Positions 1 through 11,620 of a stretch of DNA of 64,000 nt are shown in pieces. Positions within the stretch are counted from its first letter, which is position 1. Every line of letters begins with the position of its first letter. The notes below the pieces were generated by a model that had not been told where the DNA came from, did not search any database, and was given only the letters and a program-made list of their open reading frames with translations. This stretch comes from Gnetum montanum. Taxonomy: Eukaryota; Plantae; Gnetophyta. A program made the position numbers and the translations under genes. The stretch is taken from the NCBI GenBank assembly GCA_015680685.1, contig MNCI01000001.1, positions 73,911 through 137,910 of the forward strand, given 5' to 3'.

Positions 1-700
1 AAGTTTAATTTTTGTAGTGTTTGGAGATACTTTGTTTCAAATATCTATAAAAATTTTAGCCAAAGTTCATCATGGCTATACTTCCTATGTTACGATGATC
101 CATGCTGAGCTTAGTTTTAAGTTGTTGCAAGATCATAACTCATGATGAACTTATGATTGACCACCATGACTTGTGGTGCACATGTGGTTGAAGTATACAA
201 AAATCATAATTCATGGTTATCCATCACAATTCATGGTGTACTCATGGTTACAATGCTTAAAGACCATGATCTATAGTTAACTCATGGTTAGCCACCATGA
301 CTCATGATACATTCATGGATGAAATGCACAAAGATCATGAGCCATGATCGACTTGTAGTCCATTTTATTAAATAGAGGTTGATTTAGGGTTGACTTATGG
401 TTACTTCTTCTATAGTTACGACTTCATATCTAGCTTCAAAAATTTTTTATTTCAATCATAACTCATGGTTGACTTGTGGTCTCCAACCATGACTCATGGT
501 ATTCTTATTTTTCTATGTCCTTAATATTTTAGCCTTACCATGACTTGTGATCAAATACCATGTCTCATACTATAATATTATGACCTCTCCTAAACTTGTG
601 GTCTAGTTCATGATGAACTTTCTAGTGGAGTTTGGAGCTAAAACTTTAGCCATCGATGCATCTTGGATACCTTATTTTATTGCATAAATATTTGATAGGT
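1..700 (+). repeat. Partial inverted copy of the copia 3'-UTR-like repeat, rich in decayed CCACGACTCGTGG-type palindromes
   Basis: Reverse-complement similarity to ~26960-27570 and ~31875-32430 (e.g. TAGCCAAAGTTCA, GGAGCTAAAACTTT). Many CATGACTCATGG/CATGACTTGTGG variants. Confidence 0.7.
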
Positions 701-710
701 GGAGATCCCC

Positions 711-2510
711 CTAATGTTTTCTTGAAGGCATTATAAAATTGATTTTCCAAGGTTCAATTGTTATTGGAAGATTAAATTGCTCAACCATTAATGAAGTAAT
801 TGTGGACATCATAACAAAACCAATGTCTCCTTCTCTATATTCTTTAATGTATTTTCTCCCCTCCAAAAGAGTTAAAGATGCATTTATTAAGGTTTGATTC
901 CTCACTTGTTTAGTTATCATTAGAATCAAATCATGGATTTCATTATCTCTATCTACTAAAAAATTATTCTTGGTACCATTAAACTTGGCTTCATTGTTAA
1001 AATTTCAAGGTCTTCCAAATATCACATTAGCATAATCAATTAGAAAAAATTTAGAAAAAAAATTGATTAATGAAACTATAAATCTTAAACTTTAAAAAAA
1101 AATTGTTCCCTCACATCTTAATAAAGTTTCCATGACAAATTATTTATCTTTCAGGATATAGGATAAGGATGAGTTACTAAAGCTAATTGAGTAATAGTCC
1201 TAGAAGAAATCACGTTATCTTGAGTATTTCATCAACAAAAATATGAATCCATTTTCTACTCTTAAGATATATAGTTTAATTTTAAAAAATTATTACCTAA
1301 AAGGATTATCATTCACATTCACATTTTCCATAAATGAATTCATTTCAATTGCATCCTTAATTTTAGAATCATTAGGATTATCTCTTGGAGAAGCTTGATG
1401 TGATGACTCCTCTGTATTTGAACCTCCTTTCACATAATGAAATTTTAAAGAGGATACTCCCATTTCTTACACTTAATTTATTTACACTTAAAGCATTGGA
1501 ACTTGAAAGAATTATTATCCTAGGACTTTTTTCCTCCCTTACTTAAATCCTCTTTAGAGTTACCCTTATCTTTCTTCTTTTTCTTTTCATGATTCCTATC
1601 TTTGTGATCTTCTTTAACCTATTATTTGGATTTGGATTGCTTGTCAAATTTAGAATCCTTAAGCTTTCCCTTTGCTAGTCCTTTATACTTGCTTCCAAAG
1701 TCATTAAGCATGTTCTTAACCTTTAATGCCAAATCATAATCCTTATCAAGGTTTTGAGGGTCATAGAATAACAACTCTTGCTAGTACTGCATCTTCAAGC
1801 CTCTAGGAAATATTGATTCCTAATCATATTTACTTCATCCAACCTTCTATTGATGAAATTAATGACAAAATGCAAGTTTTAGCTTCATAATGGTATTATG
1901 TCTTTGCTTATATTTCTACCTAAACATGTTTTGCATCAAGGTCCATTTCCTTATTTACATATTATTTTACATAAAGAAAGAGGTATATTCCTTTTCCCAT
2001 TAAATGGAATCCATGCCTTCAAGCTTGGGTTCAATAATTGATATCCTACGATGATTAGGTAACTTCTCTAATTTAATATACTTGTTCATAGTTTTTAACC
2101 ATGACTTACATGCATGGGAATCATCCATTCCATTAAAGGATTTCAACTCAACACAAGGGATTTTTGATGCATTTCTAAATGCTCTTGCAAGTATGGCCTC
2201 ATCTTCATCATTAAACTTTAGGTTCCTAAATGAACTTAATGAATGAATAACTAAAGGAGCTCTTGGTGATCTCAATTGAGCGTTAGGATTCCTACCTCTT
2301 AAAATCCTTGAATCATAAAATCCTTCATGCCCATGTGTTAAATTGACAACCTTTTCATCATCTCCTTAATGTTCTTCATCATCATATTCAATCAATGAAA
2401 CTTCATGTTCATGTATTATATGAGATTGACTTACATTAGAATATAATTTAGCATCCAATTATTTAACCTATCTACCACCATTTTAAAGGTACCTTTTAGA
2501 TCTTCCATAT
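711..2510 (-). pseudogene. gag: Ty3/gypsy gag-protease relic, truncated before RT
   Basis: ORF 2000-2275 gives ELKSFNGMDD..AC.SWL..M.KY..., typical of a gag N-terminus. Downstream minus-strand remnants IHIFVD..SQDNVIS (~1215-1250) and DYANVIFGRP (~1010-1040) resemble retropepsin. Confidence 0.75.
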
Positions 2511-3720
2511 ATCTATTAAGGAGTTGAACTAATTTCTTCTTGGAAAGTACATTTCCAAGTAAATTAAAGATAAATGAAAACAGCCAATTATAGATCTAGG
2601 ATAATTAACCCCAATTGATAATACAATAGATAAAATAAAAAAAATTTAAGTAAGAATCAAGCGTCAAAACATCAAAAAATCATCCAATTAGGCATGCATG
2701 GAACTTAAGAATGAATTAAAAATTCTAAACCAAATATTATAATCTAAGGATTTGATATCAATATTTGGTACAAGTTTTTTATCAAATTTTGCACATTTAA
2801 TTCAAATTACAAATTTAACATAATTTCATGTGAAAAGGAAAAAACTACTAAAGATCTTTCTATTAAACCCTAAACCCCAAGTAATCTAATCTAATGCTTG
2901 GATTCAATAATTGGTATGATAAGATGATTAGGTATATCCTATAACTCAAAATTCTTATTTATGGTTTTTAGTAATGGCTCAAATGGCTATGCATAATTCA
3001 CTTTATTGAATGATTTTTGCTTAGCATAAGGAAGTTTTAATACAAGTTTTACTTCATCTTCATCATTGAGCTTTGAGTTTCTAAATGTTCTTGATGAATG
3101 AGTAATTGAAGGAACTCTTGGAGATCTTAATTGAGGATTAGACTTACTTCCTCTTAGAACCCTTGAATAGTTGAATCCTTCACTCCCATGTGCTAAATTA
3201 ACAATCTTCTCATCATTTTCCTTTTCATTCCCTTGAAATCCTTCATAATCATCTCTAGCTAATGAACTCTTACATTCACGTATTATATGATATGAACCTA
3301 CATTAGAATATAATTTAGCATCCAATTTCTCTAATTTATCTATAATAATTTTGAAGGAACCTTTTAGATCTTTCATAGCCTTATTGAGGTCTTGAATTGA
3401 TTTCTTCTTGTGAGTTATGTTTTATAGCCAATTTAAGATAATTACAAACATCCAATTGGAGATCTAGAATAATCAACCCTAATTAAAAATACAAGAGACA
3501 CAATCCAACAAATCTAATTAAGAATAAAGCCTTAAAATATTAAGGGATTCTTCTATCAAACATGCATGGATCTTAAATATGAATTTAAATATTAAGACCA
3601 GGTATTCCACTATGAAGATTTGATACCAAATCTTAGTAGGGACCTTTTCTCAACTTATACACATTTAATTCAAATCTTAAATTTATCAAAATTACATGGA
3701 AATGACTAAGAAGCTCTTGA
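2020..3720 (-). repeat. Diverged tandem duplication (~870 bp unit) of LTR end + PBS + 5'UTR + gag N-terminus
   Basis: 2020-2880 aligns with 2895-3720. Both units encode RSPR.P.I.HS...FRN.K.NDEDE and both have a PBS-like GATTTGATA(T/C)CA (2749-2760, 3617-3628). Confidence 0.8.
3617..3628 (-). promoter_or_regulatory. Degenerate tRNA-iMet primer binding site
   Basis: Minus strand TGGTATCAAATC versus consensus TGGTATCAGAGC, upstream of the gag copy. Confidence 0.55.
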
Positions 3721-3829
3721 TTAAGGCATTTTATATTAAAGATGCATAGAATACAAAATGTATTTAGGCCTACATTCACAAAAGCCATAAGATGTAGAAA
3801 ATATGTGGTCCCTTACTAAAATCTTAGCA

Positions 3830-4313
3830 CACTCAATAATAGTAGATCATTAGGTTCAAGAAACTAGAAATAATTTGATGACTATCATAATATAAACAAA
3901 GGAACATAAAGGTTGAACCACATTGTAAATATTATAATGTTCATGGTGTGACTTACATATGTTACATGTGAACTATAAATGGAAATAAATGGAGAAAAAT
4001 AATATTAAACAATGTGCCTCTATTACGATGTTTTACATACTTCACCTTGGAAAAAAATAGAATTAACACATTTATAGGTTACGAGAAACAATCATGTTGA
4101 TATAAGAAAGAGACACAATGAGTAGTTAACATTAGTTAAAGAATACAATAAATAAAATTGATTATAAAAAAATGTAAACAAAAAGTAGTATAATGCACTA
4201 ACACCATAGATGGTGTTGTGCATTGTGATGATATATACAAAATCTCACAATGTTATAGAATATCGATAAGAATTATCATGTTAAGCTTGTTAGAATACAC
4301 AAAATATTTAACA
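3830..4313 (-). repeat. 3' LTR of the 3830-7969 element
   Basis: Begins TGTTAAATA on the minus strand right after the PPT and aligns with 7494-7969. Left boundary approximate. Confidence 0.8.
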
Positions 4314-4909
4314 CCACTCCTCAAGCTTAACATGAAAAATAACAACATTACTTTTACTATTTGCATTTAAATCCATGACATTTATAGAATGAGTGATAAA
4401 TAAAAACTTCATTCCATTACTAGTCTCCATGACACTACATGAATTAGAGATTCATAAGCACAATCAATGGTTATGGATTAATGCTCTAAAGAGGAATTCC
4501 CTTTAAGAAAATGTAGTTTACAGTGTGTACCATATGACCAAGAAAATCACTAGTTATATCTCTAATTAGTAAAATTAATAATATTATAAATACAAGATGA
4601 TAGTGAACAATTTTTTTCTAACCTTTTAGTCACTTTTAAATAGTTTTTAAAATGTAAGGAAGATGCCTATATATATTTGGGGTAAGTATCTTCTTCCAAA
4701 TATATTGTAACATAACCAAATATTAAACTATAGAAAATGAAATACATGTTTTTCAAGAAAAATTAAAAATTAAATAATTGCTCTATCTAACACAAGAGGT
4801 TATATGTAAGTAAATACAATATATATATATAATAATAACTTGATTCATGAATTAACAAATAAATATATATATACTTTTTATCAAATTATCGAAAATATTT
4901 CATGATGAT

Positions 4910-7015
4910 TTAGGCTTCAATTTTAGAGTGCAATCCTTCATCATGGATTCTTTAGAAACTTTAGGACTTTCAAAGGATGGCAGTGGAATATCTTCAATTG
5001 AATCCTTCATTTCTTGATCAACCAATACCTTTTGCATCTTAGATTAAACTTTAGTGTAAGGTGCTATAAGCAACAATGGAATCACAATGGTAATAGGTTG
5101 AAGCTCATAACCCTTACCTAAGATAAATTTTAATAATGCTTTATAGTGTAAAATTTTCATTCATAACCTAGTGTAATTATCTCATCATGGCATTTTGTTT
5201 CTTTTGTGCTACATTAAAAGTTTTTGACAACTCATTTTTATATTTAGTGAGATCTTTTATATAGTTTTGTAGGAAATCAAGCTCTTCTTGGAGTTCATAG
5301 GTCTTTTTTAGCTTGTGAATTTATTACTCGATAACACCATAATTCTCACAGTTAATTCCTCTACTTTGCTTATGAGCTCCATTTTTGTATTAGAACCAAT
5401 GGCATTTCCTACTTACTTTAGTGTTGCTAACTATTATGATTGCTTCTTTTTAAACTTTAGTACATCTTTAATATCTCCTTTAAATTTAGCAAGAGCTTTG
5501 ACATATTTCTTATTTTCCTCATAAATAGTTATTAAATCTTTATTTAATGCCTCATTTTATACCAAAGAAGCATCAAATACTATTTTATTATTCCTTAGCA
5601 TTATTCCATAGGCTTCTACTCTAAAATAATGTCCCACCATAGTATCATTCATGAAAATCAAATCATATAGTAAATCATTACTCACCATGATGGAATTGAT
5701 TTTAAAGAGTCTATTAAGGTCTTTATTAATCATGCCTCTAATTATTAACAAAAATTCATCCAAATTGATATTCCAAAAATATTTTCATGTAGCTTTATTA
5801 TATAATGTTTATTCCATAGGGCTTTTCTTCACTAATGCCTTAAAGAATTTTTTGGTTGCTTCTTGATGAAAAACCTTATTTTTAAAACTACAACATTGCA
5901 TCACTACATGCATCATGGATGAAATCAAGTAATCACACTTAATTTTGCTCCGCTCCTCTACTTAGACATCAACAAGTTATTTTATTTTGGGAAGCTCTAT
6001 GGTAGTTTTCTTTAGCTTTGATAAGGATTCAAGAAATAACTGTGAAACTAACTCTTTATTCTTACTTTTCACCACTATGGGAACATCCACAAAGTTAACA
6101 TTATTAAAAAATTAAATAAATGTTGGTAAGAGGTAGCCATAAAGAGAATGAGGGGCATACATTATGTAGTATGAAACAACATAACTCTTTATTTTCATTT
6201 TTAAGATGGACAACTAATCCACACAACTTTCCTTCTTTAGTGCAACATAAAGTAGACATAAAAGAGACTAGGAAATTGCATTTTTCCTATCTTTAATAGC
6301 TACATGATAAGCAATAATATTAGCTAAGCCAAAAAAGAGCATTTTAAGTTGTGAAGTTAGGGATTTAATGGTCATAGTGATGCAAGCCTTTCCCCATTCA
6401 TCCTCATTCACAAAACATTATATAAGTTGATGCTTGGGAACATTATCCCCTTACCAGCAAAATCTATTTTCATTGTCTAAAAATAGACTTGTAGAGACCT
6501 CTTTTAAATCATGGAGAATCTCTAGGTATTTCTAGACTAGTAAATAAACTAGCTATTATTGTAGGTCTTGATGAATTTTTCAACCATTACATTATCCTTT
6601 AATACTATAGACTCCAAAAATGAAACAACTTAATCTTTTAGTTTAGCACTATAACCTAACTTTACCAATTCTATAACCAATGCTAAATCATAGTACTAAT
6701 ACTAAATGGTGACCTTAGGGATTTGGTATCTAACATATTCTTTCCTTGATAATAACAAATCATAGTCTCTTATTTTGTTAGTCACAACTTCATAGTGAAT
6801 GATCATTATAGAATGTAATTTTATCTTCTTGGTATTGGCCTTTGATGCGCTATGCAATTTTTCATGGTAACCTCTTAGTCATAGTGTTGGAAATGGTGGT
6901 GATGATGGTGTGTCACTCTATGTATGTTTTGAGAAAGTTGGTGATGAGGAACTATCATAGCACTTCCTTTTTGAAGACCTTCACTTGATCTTGTCCTCTT
7001 CCACTGTGAGCCATT
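4910..7015 (-). pseudogene. Env-like / 'putative plant transposon protein'-like ORF relic
   Basis: Minus-strand translation with stops: FLESIVLKDNVMVEKFIKTY...IKSLTSQLKMLFFGLANIIAY...SLLCLLYVALKKESCVD*LSIL...LYGYLLPTFI. This resembles Sirevirus/Athila env-like additional ORFs. Confidence 0.55.
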
Positions 7016-7493
7016 CTAACAATTAGTTAGTTTGAAACTTGCAAAATAATTATGTCTTTTGAAAATTGAATTTTAAATAGTAAAAAATGATATGCACTAG
7101 AAATTCAAGTTATTGCACAATGATATCTTTTATCTAAACTATTTTAAAACTTAAAATTAAATTTAAATAACTTATAAATTGAAAATCAAAAAATGATTCA
7201 TTTTTTTGAATTCTAAGAGAAAACCATGATATCTCAACTATAAATTGAATATTTAAATTCTTACCAATTGAAATCAAAGGTAACAAGATGATTTAAACTC
7301 AACTTAAAAAAACTAAATTCTCTTATTGTGTTGAGCTCTATGTAGTTTTTGTAGTTTCTTTGTAAATGTGAAAAATGAGATTCTATGGTTAAATTTTATA
7401 CATACTTGGAATTAAATAAATATAACCAACACATCACTATAAATGTTTCAAGGTGTTGGTTTATAAGGTCATCAAAACCTAGCTCCAATACCA

Positions 7494-7969
7494 TGTTGAG
7501 TTTTATGATGCTTAGATCATAAGGTCTAACAAACTAGAAATACTTTGATGATCATCATAATATAAACAAAGACACACATGATAAATATTATAGTATTCAT
7601 GGTATCACTTACATATATTACATTTGAATTATAAATACAAATAAACAAAGAAAAATAATATTAAGCAATGTATCTCTATTATTATGTCCTACATACTTTA
7701 CCCTAGAAAGAAATAGAATAAACACATATATAGGTTAAGAGGAATGGTCATGTAAATATAATGAATAAAAACAATGAATAGGTAACGTTAGTTAAAGAAT
7801 ACAAGAAATAAGATTATTTGTAACAAACTGTAAACAAAAATTAGTATAATGCACTAACACCATAGATAGTGTTATATGCCATGATGGTATATAGAAACTC
7901 TCATAGTGTTACAAAATATAAATAATAATTAGCATGTTAAGCTTGCTAGAATATACAATATATTTAATA
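7494..7969 (-). repeat. 5' LTR of the 3830-7969 element
   Basis: Ends ...CTCAACA on the minus strand immediately before the PBS. Confidence 0.85.
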
Positions 7970-8849
7970 AGCATGAGGCTCTTACGAGGCTCTTACAACC
8001 CTCTTAACCTTGTGTCATTTACAAGACAAAGTTACAAATTCCGAAGAAGTAAGCATAATTATATAATGAACTCATTCAATTACCTTCAATAATCTTAAAT
8101 CATCTAAGGGAAAATAACAATTAGCTAATCTCACTCATGTAGTAATTTATACAATCATACATGAACCCCCATTTAATTTGCAAGTGTAAAAAATGTTTAA
8201 AAATTATCATGCTATTTACTATGACTCACTATAATTTGTTGTCCTTTGTACCTTATCCTAGTTATGACCTATTGTGGGTTATACCTTGATATTAGCCTAG
8301 TGTAATGAGAGAACTTGAATTTAACCACCTTATTAGTGTGACTTACTATGAGTGGTACTGTCATGTATTTAGCTTTAGCCATTAAGTTTTCCAAGTGTCA
8401 CTCATTCTTAGTATGGATCATTGCAAGATGTATCTTTCCTAGTCACTCTAACCTCTTGCAAACCACAACTATCTTGTAGTCCAAAATTTGACTTGAAAAT
8501 TATATAGAAATTTATTTTGGATTTTTTGTAATCTACTACGATTCATAGCTACCTATACAAATAATCTAAAATTCATAAAACTTCTCCAAATGACTCAAAA
8601 TCTAAGTCAAAAATGTCCTAAGAATCCTAAGGATAATAAATGTATGAAATTTTCAATTTGGAATGAGAGGTGTTTCTAGACCAATAAGTCAAAACATATT
8701 TAAAATAAAGTCCTACTTGTCCCATCATGACTCACTTCAGCTAGCATTAATAAATAATTTTTAATTTTATGAAATTATTATTATTAATTAGGTAAGTGCT
8801 TATCTTCCTTCACTAGTCTTGGCTGTTGATGTAACATCCTTTTCCTAGA

Positions 8850-9541
8850 TGTTATGAAAAACATTAAACATATATTATATTTGACATTATGTGTAGTAAA
8901 CATAATAGAAAAAAGTATAGAAGAAAATGAAAAAGTACTTTATTAATAAGAAAATTGAGAATGAATAAATATATATAGGTCATGTTTAATGTTTTCTAGG
9001 ATTGTCTTCCTTTGACATCTATCCTTGTGAGCTAATCAAGAATTATCATAATGGTTAGGCCTAGAATTAGCTAGAAGTATTTGCCAAGTTTCTTTTTGTC
9101 TTCACTTGGCTTGATTTCTTTTTTTTTTTCCAAATTTTCAATTTCATTTTAGCATGACCTCTAAGTTACTAGTATAAATGCTGTAGATTAAATCCTCAAA
9201 CTCAAGAGACGTACTTACAACATTCTCTTTCATTAATGGTCTTTTTATAATAATTGCAACTCTTTATTATGGAATGATGCCATTTAGGAATAAGGATGTG
9301 ACAAATTGCCTTACTTAGCTATCATTCATCCTTGAATGAGTCTAAATAAGGGTCTTTCTTTATGTTGTAATGCTTTGAAATTTTCTTTCTAATGACTTTT
9401 AGATTTAATTTTCTTTTGGTTATTCTATAAATGAATGTATAAATGAGAAAAATATCTAAGAAAAATAAATCTATCATGTTAACACTTGATTCTCTTTGCA
9501 ATAATAAGATATGAATTAAATGGCTATCAGCTATCAATTAT
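8850..9541 (-). pseudogene. Probable L1 LINE ORF2 C-terminal (zf-RVT-like) fragment
   Basis: Minus strand *LSKAICHILIPKW...CCKYV...QHLY weakly resembles W.K.IW...IPPK and C..C...HLF. It is contiguous with the LINE at 18437 once the LTR element is removed. Confidence 0.4.
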
Positions 9542-10412
9542 TTATGAGTCATGAATTTGTCAACCTTGATATCAGATGCCCATTATTCGAGCCCAGGAGG
9601 TGATGTTGGATATTTGATATCGTATCCTCCATGCTAGCCTATAAATACAACACTTGGATGCATGGTTTGAACAACAATAGATAGAAGAAATAGTTTTATT
9701 TTTAGTTTTTAGTTAGTTTTTTTGTAGATTGTTTGTTAGTCCTCTTATTTTCCCTAGTGCATGCCCACAGTGTGATGTTTGTAATCGTATGAAACCTTTG
9801 TTCCAGTGTGACGTACTTGGACATGTTACATGACTGGAAATAAAGATTAAGATTACTGCCATCATTGAAACATCCACTTAGATTATTATTGCTTTTAATT
9901 ATTAATTATTTACTATTTCCTTTAGTTAACATTTCCATTTATTGCTATTTACTATTTTGGTCATTAAGTAGAATGCATATGCCTTACTCATGAATGCTTA
10001 AGTGTAAGTACTTGGTAATCTAGCAATGTATCATTTGGCACACCTAGTGACATACGCCTGAAAATCCTAGAAGTAGTCTCATGAAGTCCAAGGCATGTAT
10101 GGACGATTAAGAGTGGATACTCATCACATGTAGGCTAGTTTATATTTTACTCTCCATTGTTCAGTACCTTAATTAATTCATCTCTTTGTCATCATTAGGA
10201 GTAGCATAGAATCACACAACATCATATGCCTTACTTTAGACTATACCATATGTGACAAAGCTACCACTAGTCCAAGTGGGAAGACAATGAATTGTGATTA
10301 AAGCATAACGATCTAGATACCACAACTAGTCCCATCCACAAAATTTGACTAGATCATGCGTAAATGCTTGTGATTTATATGGTTGAGCATAGGGGTACCT
10401 CATCACTCATCA
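9542..10412 (+). repeat. 5' LTR (Athila-like)
   Basis: Aligns with 17547-18431 and 48815-49681. TATA box CCTATAAATA at ~9638. Confidence 0.92.
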
Positions 10413-11039
10413 GTGCTGTTGTTGTTGGGGATGATGCTAGTCATCTAGATTAGCTATATTATACATGATCATTGTAAAGGTATTAATGATATATCTTTCA
10501 TAAAAGATTAAAGCACACACACTATAAACCAACAACAATGTCTCTTACATAAGGAAGCGATAATACACAATATAACAAAAACATTCATTGGAGAACTAAT
10601 GAGATATATAGTGAGGAAAATTGTAGTAACCAACCTTATGCAAGGGTTTCTTATGATCATGACCACCTTGATGATACTCAAAGACTACATTCACCTAAGA
10701 TAGACAATCTTGGAGGAGATGATGTAAGTCCTGAACTAGGGGAGGCCTCAAGGCCTAAGACCTCCTCAAAACCCAAAAACGATAAATCAAAGGACCTTGG
10801 AGAACACCATAGAAACCATGGAAAGCCTTTTAATTACTCATCTTCCTCTTTTCCTTCAACATCTAGTTTTGATGAAGATGAACATAGGTATGGAGATAAG
10901 GCTCCACTAAAGGGTCAGACTAAAAACTATAATCAAACCCATAGGAAAAGTCAAAGATGTCACCATGAACATAGACAACATCATCACGATCAAATGAATA
11001 GAGATATAAATTTCCCTCACAACCTATTTAATGAAAATT

Positions 11040-11620
11040 AACCCTTGTTGGACACTAAGAGCCTAATGCATATCATAGAGGCCATTAAGATATCTTGCAG
11101 ACATCTCAAAAAGAGTTGTCTACCTAGGCTTGATATAGAATATATTCCTAAATTTGCAGGAGGCTATGATTTAGATCCATAACATCCTTTACAAGCCTTC
11201 CATGATGCCTGATTAAACTCTTTCCTAGGATACTAATTGATAAAGCTAAAGTATGGTATAGATCGTTGAGACCAAATTCAATTTGATGATGGTCCAAAAT
11301 GCTGGAAATTTTCAATGAGAAATATCAAAATTATGCAAGGGTGTCCAACCTAAGGAGACAAATCAAAGAGTGGAAGCAAGAACAACATGAGCCCTTGGAC
11401 ATGGCCTTAGATAGATATTATGCCTTACTAAATAAATGCCCAAGCCATGGTTTCTCCAAGGAGAGGTAACTTTTCCACATCATAGATGGAATTTGCAATG
11501 AAACAAGGGACATCCTTGGAATGTATGCTCTAGGTCAATTATATGAGCTCCAAGCCCATCAGATCCGAGAGCTAATCAAGCATGTGCAAAAAGAGAAAGA
11601 GAGATATGAAAATGGGAGAA
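11040..11620 (+). pseudogene. gag: Athila-like gag relic
   Basis: Nucleotide homologue of ORF 50291-50833 (GGYDLDP, KAKVWYRSLRPNS), disrupted by stops and a deletion. Confidence 0.8.

Larger units (their letters stand above)
3830..7969 (-). mobile_element. Non-autonomous copia-like LTR element (~4.1 kb) with ~480 bp LTRs
   Basis: Direct repeats ~3830-4313 and 7494-7969. PBS TGGTATTGGAGC at 7482-7493 and PPT GAGGGAGTGG at 4314-4323 on the minus strand. No gag or pol motifs recognised inside. Confidence 0.8.

Noticed and set aside
130-610. Repeat/spacer-like periodicity suggesting a CRISPR array
   Set aside because: Repeats are irregular and degenerate, the context is eukaryotic retroelement DNA, and no cas genes are present.
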